Shown piece after piece: positions 39,186 through 49,852 of a DNA stretch of 64,000 bases. The notes under the pieces were generated by a model, which worked only from the letters and a program-made list of their open reading frames with translations, was not told the origin of the DNA and did no database searches. The stretch comes from a virus (Duplodnaviria > Caudoviricetes): positions 924-64,923 of the IMG/VR virus record IMGVR_UViG_3300044635_001707. The stretch is one strand, 5' to 3'. Each line of letters opens with the position of its first letter. Positions within the stretch are counted from its first letter, which is position 1. Both the position numbers and the translations under genes were made by a program.

Positions 39186-40118
39186 CTAAACTAAATTAAT
39201 TTGTGGATACAACGCTGTTAACTGACCATCAATGTAGGGAAGACGGCTTAGATACACGTCCGTATCCACATATAGTCCGTAATTCTGACTTTCTCTGTAT
39301 AGCAAATCAATTGCTAAAGCAGGGGAAAGCATACCTAAATTATCAGGCAAGCTTGTTGCCACACCCAAAGGCATACCCAAGGGTACGGATACAGCAGCCG
39401 CACCGATTGTTACAACATCAGTGGTGGTATTTACGGCGGATATAGTCCCCACGGTGGTATTAGGAGCAAGGTTGGCAGCCGACGCGGTGGCTGTTCCGTT
39501 GGTAGCTGTATCAGCAACGGTTAAACTATACAGACTGGTAAAGTCCTTAGCCCACAGAACTATATCTGTACTAGTTCCAGAACCAGCCACGGCTAAATCA
39601 CTTACAAGCTTAGACAAGTATGGATTAGCGTTAATAGCAGCAATAATTTTATTTGCTACGTTTAAGTTAGTAGCGGTCAAAGATGCGCCAACATCGCCAG
39701 ACACCACGGTATAAACCAACGCCTGACCATTAATAGTAACGGTGACAGTATCACCCGCAGCCCAGCCACCACTAGCAGATGCAACGTTTACCCGTGCAGA
39801 TGGTGGGATGATTGAAAGCACATCACCAACAACAAAAATACCAGCAGTTCCAGGCTTAAAAGTAACACTTGTACCACTAGCAGCCGTAGCAGCAACCGTA
39901 GTCATCCGTGGTAGAATCCGAGCCTTTGCAGAACCAGGAATGCTACCAGCAAAAAAACCAGGGGCGAATATTTTGACAAGCTTTCTAATAGCTCCTTCTT
40001 TCCCGGTGGCATAATCAGAATCTAGTGATTGGTATCGAGTTGCGATCGCTTCAGACCTTGCCAAAACAGGTAAAAAACCTGACAACTCATCATCGTAAAC
40101 ATAGGTTTCATGTCTCAT
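39186..40118 (-). CDS. Head decoration protein with Ig-like insertion
   Basis: Between protease and capsid; A/T/V-rich; SRLP..D..L...YPQI end. Confidence 0.6.
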   Translation of the reverse strand: MRHETYVYDDELSGFLPVLARSEAIATRYQSLDSDYATGKEGAIRKLVKIFAPGFFAGSIPGSAKARILPRMTTVAATAASGTSVTFKPGTAGIFVVGDVLSIIPPSARVNVASASGGWAAGDTVTVTINGQALVYTVVSGDVGASLTATNLNVANKIIAAINANPYLSKLVSDLAVAGSGTSTDIVLWAKDFTSLYSLTVADTATNGTATASAANLAPNTTVGTISAVNTTTDVVTIGAAAVSVPLGMPLGVATSLPDNLGMLSPALAIDLLYRESQNYGLYVDTDVYLSRLPYIDGQLTALYPQINLV

Positions 40119-40129
40119 TATTTATCCCC

Positions 40130-41269
40130 TTACATAAAGATGGGTGATTGATTTAAAGTCTTGAGCAGTTCCGCCGCGTGAGATTCAACCTCTTTAGAGT
40201 CAGGCTGTGAAGGGTTCACAACAGGTTCTTTAATTGATTGCTCCAAGTTAATAAGAGGCTTTGCTCTTTTTTCAATCAATTCCAAGTGAAACTCAATGTG
40301 TCCAAGTTTGTCCGATTGGGACTTAGTGTGAAAAGCGATATCTTCACTAGGAACAGCAGAAAATAGCTCATTAAATTCACTATTTGATAACTTAGCTTCA
40401 GATACTAAATCTTCTGCTTTCTGGCGTAAATCATAATAGCGACTAGCAACTATTTCTTTCTTTTCAAAGTTAGCGATTAGAGCAGATTTTTCAGTTAATG
40501 CTGACTCCAGATGCTTAACCTGACCAGCTAATTTGTCGTTTTCAGAAGTGAGGATTTGCTGCTTGCTAAGAGCATCAGACAAAGCAGTTTTAGCAGATGC
40601 TAATTCTACTTCCAGGGTTTTATTGTCTAATTCATTCATACTATTTGTTGGTGAATTAAGGTAAAAATTGGGATTACCATTGATAGCTACATTTTTCAAT
40701 TCCACAAAAGATTTACCATAACCGACACTAGGATCTGCGGGTATATCCTCAGAGGAAATTTCAAATAAAACTATCTTTGTAGCCTCTAACAAAGCCTTTT
40801 TTGTTAGCTCCCTATAACCATCGTTGTCAGAATATTCAGCAGGTGTAACTACTCGATATTCCTCAACTGAATAACCAAAGCTGATACCGCCAGATGTCCC
40901 GTCCTCAATATCAGACATAAACTGATCTGCCAGGGCATTTTTAGATAACTTAGCCATAGCAAAACCCTTTTCGCCATCCAAAATCACATTCTTGATAATG
41001 CCGATTTTTTGACCGCGAGTATGGTTTTTCAAGAACGGACAAGTACCACTAGCCACCCTAGACAAATCCCAGGCATTGGGGGCATGGGATAAATACTCAT
41101 CAAATACCACACTAGCTCCGTCGGGAAGCTCAGATAAATAACCGTATCTTTCACAGATATTCCCTTTAGAGGAAAAGGAAAAACCAACGGTTCTTTCCTC
41201 TCGGTTCAACTGTAAATCCGTAGACAGAAACTTGGTTAATATAGTTTTATTTTTGATTGCTGTGGGCAT
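40130..41269 (-). CDS. Prohead protease / scaffold fusion
   Basis: PFLKNH..IG, GISFGYSV, LFEISS..IPADPSVG; coiled-coil C-terminus. Confidence 0.85.
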   Translation of the reverse strand: MPTAIKNKTILTKFLSTDLQLNREERTVGFSFSSKGNICERYGYLSELPDGASVVFDEYLSHAPNAWDLSRVASGTCPFLKNHTRGQKIGIIKNVILDGEKGFAMAKLSKNALADQFMSDIEDGTSGGISFGYSVEEYRVVTPAEYSDNDGYRELTKKALLEATKIVLFEISSEDIPADPSVGYGKSFVELKNVAINGNPNFYLNSPTNSMNELDNKTLEVELASAKTALSDALSKQQILTSENDKLAGQVKHLESALTEKSALIANFEKKEIVASRYYDLRQKAEDLVSEAKLSNSEFNELFSAVPSEDIAFHTKSQSDKLGHIEFHLELIEKRAKPLINLEQSIKEPVVNPSQPDSKEVESHAAELLKTLNQSPIFM

Positions 41270-41414
41270 GAATAAAACTTCAATTTAAACTATCAACATT
41301 TTAGCAATAGCCATTTATAATATAATTAGATAATCAATGGAAGTCGCACATAGTAGCGATTTTCACCAATATTAATGTATAATATTAAAAATAATTTACG
41401 CTATAAATAAACCA

Positions 41415-41672
41415 GTGATTGACCATCCTAACTCTTACGAAAATCTCACAACAGAGGAAAAAATAGGAATCCTTGTTTTTATCTGTAGAGAATCAAAAAA
41501 CATTTCTAGAAAGCAATTAGCATCTAAAACAGGAAAGACTGTAGAAGTTATCAGTGCTATTGAAAACCTGTTTCAACATCGAGAAGGTAAAAGGCAATCA
41601 ATAGCTTATAGTGAAATAGAAATGATTGCCCAAGCGTTAGAAGTTCCCATATCCCATATACTCCCTAAATAG
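41415..41672 (+). CDS. XRE HTH protein
   Basis: RESKNISRKQLASKTG..ISAIEN..IAQALEVP. Confidence 0.75.
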   Translation: MIDHPNSYENLTTEEKIGILVFICRESKNISRKQLASKTGKTVEVISAIENLFQHREGKRQSIAYSEIEMIAQALEVPISHILPK

Positions 41673-41674
41673 TT

Positions 41675-42004
41675 ATGCCAGCCACAGCACCAAGTTCTCT
41701 AAAACTAAGCTGGGAAAATGCCCTCAGTTTTGAATCATCCTTAGTCGCTCAGAACTACTACGGTGGTGTAGACGAGAAAGGCAATAGAAATCAGATTAAT
41801 CAAGTGACTCAAACTCAAGCACTATCCCTAGTCGTTCCCACCTTTGCAGATTACACGGAGATAGATAATTTTTTGGTAGCCAATCTAGGCAAACCATTCT
41901 ATTTTGGCAACGTCCTATATCTTTGTGAATCGTTTAAATGGACTTGTCAAAACATGGAAGTTTTCAGTTTAGACCTTAGTCTAGTACAGGTTTTCCGTCC
42001 ATAA
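41675..42004 (+). CDS. Minor tail protein-like (lambda gpM-like)
   Basis: EIDNFL..NLGKPFY..YLCESFKW..LVQVF pattern. Confidence 0.55.
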   Translation: MPATAPSSLKLSWENALSFESSLVAQNYYGGVDEKGNRNQINQVTQTQALSLVVPTFADYTEIDNFLVANLGKPFYFGNVLYLCESFKWTCQNMEVFSLDLSLVQVFRP

Positions 42005-42055
42005 CCATGTAACACAAGCATCCTGCTTGTACTAACATTGTACTATACAGCCAAC

Positions 42056-43534
42056 CTAACCAAAAGGATTGTAAATTTTCCCACCCACAAAACTACTACG
42101 GGGCGTGGAGTCTTGTAACTCACTGAAAGCACCATCAGCACTATCCACAATGTCATTAGTTAGCGGCTTCTTACTCCCATCAAATTCATGTAAAGCCGCC
42201 AAAAACTGGTCGTTCCAAGCACCCCTAAACAATTTAACTTTTCCATCTTTAGCAGCCACAGCCAAGGGCATGGCACGGGTAACTTTATCTCCCAGTGGTT
42301 TAACACCCTTAGCATCGTAACCTACCAACTGGCGTTTAAGTGCCGACTCATACCGTTTACCAGCACTACCACCCTCTAATTCCCAGCGCACCTTACAAGA
42401 CACCCCATCTTGTTGTGCTATCCGTAATACTGAGTTATCCCCATCGTCTGCTGATACCTGCTCCCAATAGCAATCAAGCACATAGTAGATGCCTTCATGA
42501 AACTTGATTTTAGTCCGCACACTGTAAAAACTACTCTTGGATGCGGTAGCTGAAGATGTGGCCGCAAAGTCCCAAAATGCCACAGTTTGACCACCACTGG
42601 GAACAGCGTTGACGACTTCAAACCAATGGCGATTAAAGATAGTTCCCGACTCATATTTAATCTTCCAGTTTCCTTTGAGTAGTCGTTCCATTTCCACAGG
42701 ATGCAACGATAAAAGATTCTGAAGATATTGGGGATTTGATTCCAATAAATGGGGATTATCATAGACAGTTCCCTTGATAAAAGTAAAGCTTTTCGGTGGT
42801 GCAATTGCAGCCATATCAGGAAACTTATCCATTAATTCCTGCTCCGAATCACCCCAGTGCATCTCACTATTTATTCTGTAAAAATATCTCAAAACTCCAG
42901 ACCGTTCCTCAATGGGATAACCAGTATCCTGGTTAATATACCAATTAATTAATTTAGCTACCCATGAGTCAGCGTCAGGGTTACAGGTTGCATCTATGCG
43001 CGGTCTCACTCCACAAGTTGACCTATTTCTGGAGAATAAAAACCAGAATTGACGCTCGGTAAATTTAGTCAACTCATCAAAGCCAAGATGACAAATCTGT
43101 GAACCGGGATACTTGTCCTCTACATCTTTTTCGTATTGGGCATGACCAAAACTAATCGCACTACCAGTAGGGAAAGTCCAGTCCAATTGATATTCCCTAG
43201 ACTGGGCATTAGGGATTAACTTATACAAATTTCTAGACTCATCCCACAAACCACCTTCATTAGTTATTTCTGGTCGAGTCCGCCGCAAAATCACCGAACC
43301 ATATCCAGGAACTTCCAAATGTTTAGCCGCTTTTAAAAGCATGGAATAAGACTTCCCGCTTCCGGCTGCTCCTCCATATATGCACACATCAGCAGGAGTA
43401 TTGTAAAAAAGTTCTTGCGCTCCTGGTGATGGTGCAGGCAAATCTACCACAAACTCAGTTAAATCAACGACATCTCTTGAAGCTTCTTTAATTTTATGTT
43501 TATTTCTAGGATTAAGTTGCCCAAACTTTATCAT
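42056..43534 (-). CDS. terL: Terminase large subunit
   Basis: YGGAAGSGKS, GFDELT, ATCNP, DNPHL, WDFAA, DIVDS. Confidence 0.93.
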   Translation of the reverse strand: MIKFGQLNPRNKHKIKEASRDVVDLTEFVVDLPAPSPGAQELFYNTPADVCIYGGAAGSGKSYSMLLKAAKHLEVPGYGSVILRRTRPEITNEGGLWDESRNLYKLIPNAQSREYQLDWTFPTGSAISFGHAQYEKDVEDKYPGSQICHLGFDELTKFTERQFWFLFSRNRSTCGVRPRIDATCNPDADSWVAKLINWYINQDTGYPIEERSGVLRYFYRINSEMHWGDSEQELMDKFPDMAAIAPPKSFTFIKGTVYDNPHLLESNPQYLQNLLSLHPVEMERLLKGNWKIKYESGTIFNRHWFEVVNAVPSGGQTVAFWDFAATSSATASKSSFYSVRTKIKFHEGIYYVLDCYWEQVSADDGDNSVLRIAQQDGVSCKVRWELEGGSAGKRYESALKRQLVGYDAKGVKPLGDKVTRAMPLAVAAKDGKVKLFRGAWNDQFLAALHEFDGSKKPLTNDIVDSADGAFSELQDSTPRSSFVGGKIYNPFG

Positions 43535-43645
43535 TATATTTATGTTTATTTTATTAACCAAGTTTAATATAAAATCATTGCATTTATTCTGACAAATTAA
43601 ACGCAAGGATGCAATAATATTATTAGATAATAATGACTTTCAACG

Positions 43646-44380
43646 ATGCAATTAATCAAAGATTCTCGTTTTCAGGTAATAATTGACAAAGATGCGAGTT
43701 CACCAAATCCCCAGGTCGCTATATGGAAAGGACAACATAGATGTGTTGCTGAAAAGTTCCCTCCCAGTGATGAAACACCTTCGCCAGAGAAGTGTGGAGA
43801 AACCATCACCAAGCACCAATTAGCGGGCGATAGAGGGCATTATTCAGTTTTACGGAAAGCATTTGTTAGCTTCCATTGTCTAGGGTTTCCCCATAGTGTT
43901 GTCAGCCAAATTACCAGGCATCAAGACTCATCTTTCCTGGTTCAATCAATGCGATATACAGGAAAAAGAATAATTGATTGTGTTAATTTGGATATCCCTG
44001 TTGAAGATGTATTTTATTTTCGTCCAATAGGAAATTACAGCGATCGCCAGGGCAACAAGTACGAATATACTAATCCCGACTTAATGGACGACAAAGCCGC
44101 GTCTTATCGGTCAGCAGTCTTGTATGGGGAAAAGATTGCTGACGGGCATTCAGAGGAACACGCCAGGGATTTGCTGACATACAACTTCCGTCAGGACTTC
44201 GACCTTGGTGGCGACCTACAGGCAATCTGGCACTTGTTAGATCAGCGTACCAAGTCCGACTCTCAGATTGAGGTCAGAACACTAGCATGGATGATGCTAG
44301 ATTGCCTCAAAGAATTTACCCCAGAACTTACAGAATGGTATCTGGAGAATAGAGCAGGGAAAGCTAGACTAGCACCGTGA
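43646..44380 (+). CDS. thyX: Flavin-dependent thymidylate synthase
   Basis: GHYSVL, QITRHQ..SF.VQSMRY, EEHARDLL, LDQR..DSQIEVR. Confidence 0.92.
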   Translation: MQLIKDSRFQVIIDKDASSPNPQVAIWKGQHRCVAEKFPPSDETPSPEKCGETITKHQLAGDRGHYSVLRKAFVSFHCLGFPHSVVSQITRHQDSSFLVQSMRYTGKRIIDCVNLDIPVEDVFYFRPIGNYSDRQGNKYEYTNPDLMDDKAASYRSAVLYGEKIADGHSEEHARDLLTYNFRQDFDLGGDLQAIWHLLDQRTKSDSQIEVRTLAWMMLDCLKEFTPELTEWYLENRAGKARLAP

Positions 44381-44447
44381 GGATACGTACGGCAAAGCCC
44401 GCTACTCGTGAGATTAAGTAGCGGGCTTTATGCTATTTGCTTCCAAT

Positions 44448-44930
44448 TTAAATTGTCACAATCCATCCGCAGGTGCGGACTCCGTAGGGGAATCCGTCAA
44501 CGTCGACGGGGTTGGATTGACCAACCGTAAACTTAAACTCGATAGGTTTGCAGCCATTAGCCTTGGCTACAAACTTTACCTCAGACCCCACGGGAATCTC
44601 GTACTCCGCAACGCACCATTTCCCGTGATTTCCTTTATTCCCGATAAGTTCCCATTCGGGTTTTTCTAGAGGCTTCAAAGCCTCCCAGATGGGTTTGCCG
44701 TTTACGGTGACGGTTGCTGATCTCCACTCGGTTGTATGGCTCTCTGAACCAGTCTTTGTTTGCACCACCATTGCCTTGCATTCCTTTGTTTTTGCTACTA
44801 GTTTGTCTAGTTCTCCTTCCAGGATAACAAGACGGTCAATGAACCACTTCACGCCTCTTTCAATCTCGCGTAAGCAAGCAGCGATTTGGTTTTTGATTAC
44901 GCGAATTTGAAAAGAAAGTGTAGTAGTCAT
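44448..44930 (-). CDS. Hypothetical protein (cassette 1)
   Basis: ORF downstream of repeated promoter/RBS. Confidence 0.7.
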   Translation of the reverse strand: MTTTLSFQIRVIKNQIAACLREIERGVKWFIDRLVILEGELDKLVAKTKECKAMVVQTKTGSESHTTEWRSATVTVNGKPIWEALKPLEKPEWELIGNKGNHGKWCVAEYEIPVGSEVKFVAKANGCKPIEFKFTVGQSNPVDVDGFPYGVRTCGWIVTI

Positions 44931-45119
44931 TGCCTTATCCCTTGTGTTTTTGTGTATATGAATAATATAGTCTATCCATTAATAATATGTCAACTACTTT
45001 TTTCTTAATTTTATACTGAATTTTAGGATATTTATTTATACGGGTTAGCTGACTACTCACAATAAAAAATCCGTCGTGCAGGTGACGGATTGTATTGGAA
45101 TTAATATTTAATTTTTACC

Positions 45120-45578
45120 TTATACTTCTCTTAATACTATTGTATATTCTTCCCATCCGTCCATCTCTATTGAGATGACTTCAAACCCGGTTAAGGGTTT
45201 GAAGATGACTTCTTTCTCCTCTGGATACTGAGAGAATCTAGAAACGTCTCTCCCGGTTTTTGACTCAATCACCAGAGTAATTGCTCTGTTGTCAGTCCTA
45301 GACAACGGAACACCCAAAGCATTAAACTTTTGGCTTATTGTGTAGTCTTTAGATGTGGACATAAAGCCCATGTCACGGTAGATTCTACCCACCACGAAAG
45401 TCAGTTTTATTTCCGATTTGTCCAGAGTTAAGCCCCGGTAAACAGTTCCGGTGAATCTTCTAACTTGTTCTAACTCTTCTACTATTTGTGATACTAGTGA
45501 GTCAGTTTTACCGTATCTGAGTTTTCTATTAATTGCGCCGTAATCTTGTTGTGTATATTGATTTATTGTAGTAGTCAT
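45120..45578 (-). CDS. ADP-ribosyltransferase (R-S-E clade, VIP2/Alt-like)
   Basis: YGAINRKLR, VYRG, GFMSTS, PEEKEVIF. Confidence 0.85.
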   Translation of the reverse strand: MTTTINQYTQQDYGAINRKLRYGKTDSLVSQIVEELEQVRRFTGTVYRGLTLDKSEIKLTFVVGRIYRDMGFMSTSKDYTISQKFNALGVPLSRTDNRAITLVIESKTGRDVSRFSQYPEEKEVIFKPLTGFEVISIEMDGWEEYTIVLREV

Positions 45579-45701
45579 TGCCTTGTCCCTTGTGTTTTCT
45601 GTATGTAATCAATATAGTCTATCCATTAATAATATGTCAAGGGTTTTAAAAAATATTTTTTGGCATTAAAAAACCCTGAGTTAATCAGGGTTTTAGCTTT
45701 A

Positions 45702-46136
45702 TTAGAATTTTATATTATCTGGCTTGAACAATCCGCTCTCTACAGCCTTACCTAATGCTATTAGGTTTTCTCCGGTAAATTTTTCTAAAAAAACTTCAAT
45801 CTCTTTAGGGTAAAACCCCGCGTTAAGCATTAACTTTTGTACTGCGCGCCTGTTGCTCATATGAAATGAGATGACAACTCGATTTTGGCTACTGCGGTAA
45901 TTTCCTGTTTTAAAATGAACTACCCAAACACCATCATCGTATCTGTGCTGGTTAAAGTATTCGTCAAGCACTTCTCTTTCGTACCAGGGTATAGTACCCA
46001 TAAAACTTTTTATAATGTCGTCGCCTTGTGCTATTTTTTCGTATCTTTTTATTATGCTGATTGCTTGTTTTATTCTTTTTTCGCTCAATAATTCATGTTG
46101 CTGTAACAGTTTTCCGTTTACATTTACTAATGCCAT
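45702..46136 (-). CDS. Hypothetical protein (cassette 3)
   Basis: ATG after repeated leader. Confidence 0.7.
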   Translation of the reverse strand: MALVNVNGKLLQQHELLSEKRIKQAISIIKRYEKIAQGDDIIKSFMGTIPWYEREVLDEYFNQHRYDDGVWVVHFKTGNYRSSQNRVVISFHMSNRRAVQKLMLNAGFYPKEIEVFLEKFTGENLIALGKAVESGLFKPDNIKF

Positions 46137-46303
46137 TGCCTTGTTTCCTTTGTGTTTTCTGTATGTAATCAATATAGTCTATCCATTAATAATATGTCAA
46201 CTACTTTTTTATTAATTTTATACTGAATTTTAAAATATTTATTTGGTACAGAGTGGCTAGCTACTTACAATAAAAAACATCCAGTTGTCTGGATGCTTAT
46301 TTT

Positions 46304-46762
46304 TTAGAAGGGTAGATTTTCTGGGGTTATTGACTGTTTATCTTTTTTCATTTGCCTTAACCAAGGTCTTAAGTATCGGCAATTTGTTATTTTTCGTTCC
46401 TCTTCGTCAGAGAAACCTTCTAGCCAACATTTTATGTCTTGACCTTCTTTCCAAAAAGACCTGCGGCAAACCTCCGCTATCGCCTCGTCTAAATCACTCG
46501 TCTCTATCAAGTTCCTATTCATTGTCTCGTAGCTGTAGCCTTTTTTTATTAAGACTTCATCTACAGAAGTGCCGTCAAGACATAATAAATAATTTGAATG
46601 CTTGATAGAAAAATCTAATAATTTAACGTCTTTTTTGTCTTTATAAATCTCCTTTATTTCGTATCCGTGTTCCTTTAATTTTATCTGTACTAGCTTTGCT
46701 ACAAATTTTTGGTATGCTGTGAGTTCCTCTTTACACCATGCCAGGTTAAAATTTGTAACCAT
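46304..46762 (-). CDS. Hypothetical protein (cassette 4)
   Basis: AGGAG RBS after repeated promoter. Confidence 0.7.
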   Translation of the reverse strand: MVTNFNLAWCKEELTAYQKFVAKLVQIKLKEHGYEIKEIYKDKKDVKLLDFSIKHSNYLLCLDGTSVDEVLIKKGYSYETMNRNLIETSDLDEAIAEVCRRSFWKEGQDIKCWLEGFSDEEERKITNCRYLRPWLRQMKKDKQSITPENLPF

Positions 46763-46941
46763 TGTCTGTGTCTCCTGTTGTTTATTTGTTTTTCCCTACA
46801 TAATTAATATAGTCTATCCATTAATAATATGTCAACTACTTTTTTATTAATTTTATACTGAATTTTAGGATATTTATTTATACGGATTAATCAATTACTG
46901 ATAATAAAAAACCCGCTATTAATGTAGCGGGTTATATAGAA

Positions 46942-47499
46942 TTAAAATTTAACTAGTTTTCTTCTGCCCTCGTCGGGCTTTCTTCTTTTCTTATATGCAA
47001 TACGATTCATTATATGGGAACTAAATTTGTCCCCAGGTTTAAACGCTGGGTGGCAACTATAATATACTTTCTTATCCCACACAATTATCTTATCGTGTAC
47101 TGTGTCGCCTATATATTCTGACGGTTCAAACTCAAACCACTTTCTAGCTTTCGCTAATTTATTTTTATAGTCATTGTAGGCGTTTTGCAAGCCTACATCA
47201 GATGTAATTGTCTCCTCTACTGTGTTTTCTTCACGTTCAACTTCTACTACTTCTTCTACTACTACTACTTCTTCTACTACTTCTTCTACCAAAGCAAACT
47301 GTTGCCCTGGTAACTGAACTATTAACCCGGATAATTCAAACTCTAACAATATATCTGATACTACAAAATCAAATTTAGATCGTATTTCACCATAAGACAG
47401 CCTTTTGTTTTCACAAAACATAATTGCTATCTCATTCATTGCATTTTCTCTTTCGTCTTGTGTTGGTAATCTTAATTCGTTCTTTTTCTTAGTAGCCAT
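46942..47499 (-). CDS. Hypothetical protein with E/V-rich linker (cassette 5)
   Basis: ATG after repeated leader; EEVV repeats. Confidence 0.7.
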   Translation of the reverse strand: MATKKKNELRLPTQDERENAMNEIAIMFCENKRLSYGEIRSKFDFVVSDILLEFELSGLIVQLPGQQFALVEEVVEEVVVVEEVVEVEREENTVEETITSDVGLQNAYNDYKNKLAKARKWFEFEPSEYIGDTVHDKIIVWDKKVYYSCHPAFKPGDKFSSHIMNRIAYKKRRKPDEGRRKLVKF

Positions 47500-47623
47500 T
47501 GCCTTGTTTCCTTTGTGTTTTTGTGTATATGAATAATATAGTCTATCCATTAATAATATGTCAAGGGTTTTAAAAAATATTTTTTTGACATTAAAAAACC
47601 CTGACCTAGTCAGGGTTTCAGGC

Positions 47624-47791
47624 TTATTCCGCTTGTTTCTTTTCGGCATATTTACGCCGCATATACTCCCGCTTGGCTTCTCGTTGCTTCTCCAGTTGCT
47701 CTGGAGTCATACTTTGCTGCCACTTCCTTTTGCGGGCTTTCCCTTTTTCTGTGGCGTCGTATCGTGCTTGGGTTTCTGGATCGTAACTCAT
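47624..47791 (-). CDS. Small basic helical protein (possible regulator)
   Basis: AAGGA RBS; degenerate copy of array promoter at 47820-47846. Confidence 0.55.
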   Translation of the reverse strand: MSYDPETQARYDATEKGKARKRKWQQSMTPEQLEKQREAKREYMRRKYAEKKQAE

Positions 47792-47933
47792 GGCAGTCCT
47801 TTGATAATTATATATTTTATATAGTCTATCTAGCACTCCTTGTCAATGAATAGCGTATACAGAAATACTAGGAAATATTTTTAAATTAAGTATAGACTAT
47901 ATTAATTATATAAAAGACAAAGGAAACACAACA

Positions 47934-48311
47934 ATGACTACCTATAAAGAGTATTTGACTTGGAATTATGACAAACTAGAAGCAGAGTATACAAGACAAG
48001 GCTTCTATTCTCTGACCGCTTTTCTGTTGGCACAGAAGAACAAAACTAATGTAATTAAAAAATCTAATAAACATAAAGTAAAAGTTTCAGATATCAAATC
48101 TGGGCATTGTGTGGGATTCACAAAGGAAGGACATTCCATAATTGCTGGCAAGAAACAAACTAAGGGTATTATTAAAATTTACTATGCAATATATGATCCT
48201 AAACTGTATACACCTCTTGTTACCAAGAATTTTTCATCGGTAAAACTGATGGTTGATGAAATAAACACGATATTAGATGAAGAGAAAACGGAAGAACTTG
48301 CTTGGTGGTGA
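47934..48311 (+). CDS. Hypothetical protein (divergent cassette)
   Basis: Preceded by TATAGACTATATT and ACAAAGGAAACA leader. Confidence 0.65.
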   Translation: MTTYKEYLTWNYDKLEAEYTRQGFYSLTAFLLAQKNKTNVIKKSNKHKVKVSDIKSGHCVGFTKEGHSIIAGKKQTKGIIKIYYAIYDPKLYTPLVTKNFSSVKLMVDEINTILDEEKTEELAWW

Positions 48312-48441
48312 GTATCTATCCACAACACAAAAACCGCTTAGATTGGTGTCTAAGCGGTTTTTGTGTTATATTAGTAATATTCCTGTTGAACTCTCACAAA
48401 TTCACAGAGAATGTAAAACGCCCCATTGGGGCGTTTTTGGT

Positions 48442-48705
48442 TTATATCATCAATTGATGAATCGCATTCTTAGCGTATGAGAAAAACACATCAATACCCT
48501 CACAAGGGTCTATGTGATCAGCCGCAATGCTGTAATAATGTCCGGCATTGTCCGCTATATCTACGGCTAAAATGCCACCATTGGGGCATAAATATTTTAT
48601 TGTCCAATTATTGTAAGTATCTGTTCTTCTAGCGTAACCCAAATCAGAATCAAACTCTGATTTAGAGATTGCAACTATGCAAAAATCTGACGCAATTAAA
48701 CTCAT
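48442..48705 (-). CDS. Hypothetical protein
   Basis: ORF with RBS. Confidence 0.5.
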   Translation of the reverse strand: MSLIASDFCIVAISKSEFDSDLGYARRTDTYNNWTIKYLCPNGGILAVDIADNAGHYYSIAADHIDPCEGIDVFFSYAKNAIHQLMI

Positions 48706-48774
48706 ATTCTCATCCTTAAACTCTCACTTTTATATAATACATTAATAACCCAAGAATGTCATTAAAATTATTTT

Positions 48775-49107
48775 ATGCCTAACTACAAAGTACGATATGG
48801 CAACATCAAAAAATACAAGAAACGTTGCCACAAAGCACACCTCAGAACTCATGGGATTTGTGCTGTATGCTTAATTAATAAATCCGAACAAATCCATCAC
48901 TCCAGTTATCGCAAGTCGGGAGATAGGTACGGGATTAACATTTTCCCAACGTGCAAACATTGTCACCTTAATGTCTGTCATAGTTCTAAAAACTGGATTA
49001 TTCACCCTACAGAACCGGAGTGGAAAAATCACAACACTCCGGCATTTACCAAGATGCTACAGAGGAATTATAAGAAAATTCAGAGATATTATGCGGAAAA
49101 TTCCTAG
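48775..49107 (+). CDS. HNH endonuclease
   Basis: CAVC..QIHH..Y..N..PTCKHCH...H. Confidence 0.8.
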   Translation: MPNYKVRYGNIKKYKKRCHKAHLRTHGICAVCLINKSEQIHHSSYRKSGDRYGINIFPTCKHCHLNVCHSSKNWIIHPTEPEWKNHNTPAFTKMLQRNYKKIQRYYAENS

Positions 49108-49136
49108 CGTATTAATAGGCTAGAAATTTAATAAAA

Positions 49137-49852
49137 TTACAAGACTTTAACTAAACCAGGATACTTAGATTCTAGATACTGAGGGAGTAAAGCGGGCTTA
49201 TATTTTTGCTCCAAAAAATACCTAAAATGTTCCAATTCTCTCATCTGATAGCACCAAGGATTACAGTATCTACCATCGGGAAAACGGTATTTAAACTTGA
49301 TGCGATCGCCACTCCAGTCTTTATCTTTGCGGTGGTTAGACCAGTGAATACCGATAGAACCATCTAATAAGTCAGCCTTATCAACAGGATATCTGAGCTT
49401 TTGTTCTACCCATATAAGCAGATTTGCGGATTCATGCAATACGCACCAATAACCAATGGGTATTTTATTAGCGTCATCAAACATTGATTCTACTCGTTGA
49501 GTAACGCGCCCAATCTCTGGGGTTGCTTAGTTGCTATCTTGGCTATTCGTTCGCATTCAAGGAAGTATTTTCTGATAGATTTACCCTGCTCCGTACCAGC
49601 CATCATTCCAAAAGACTTAAAACACTCTACTGTTAACATGATGGATTCAGTAGGACGACCATTTGATGAGGTTTTCCTCGTTTCTGAGGAAAAGTCTACT
49701 CCGTGCTGAAATTCTGAAACGAGTATCCGTTTTGCATTGTCTTTTCTTGTGTAGCCTAACCACTGCCAAGCAAAATCAAAATCTACAGGAAATTCATCGT
49801 CAGATTCATAAAGCGTAATTGCAATTTCCTGATTAAATGCTAAATTATTCAT
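49137..49852 (-). pseudogene. AntA/AntB-type antirepressor split by a frameshift
   Basis: FPVDFDFAWQWLGYTRKDNAKR..GKSIRKYFLECE N-half; C-half continues in another frame near 49490-49510. Confidence 0.65.

Larger units (their letters stand above)
44964..47564 (-). repeat. Five identical 30-bp promoter repeats with conserved flanks
   Basis: AATATAGTCTATCCATTAATAATATGTCAA at 44964, 45611, 46171, 46806, 47535 (minus strand TTGACA-18-TATATT). Confidence 0.9.

Noticed and set aside
44964-47564. Regular repeats as a possible CRISPR array
   Set aside because: Spacing is 550-730 bp with whole genes between copies; repeats are promoters; no cas genes
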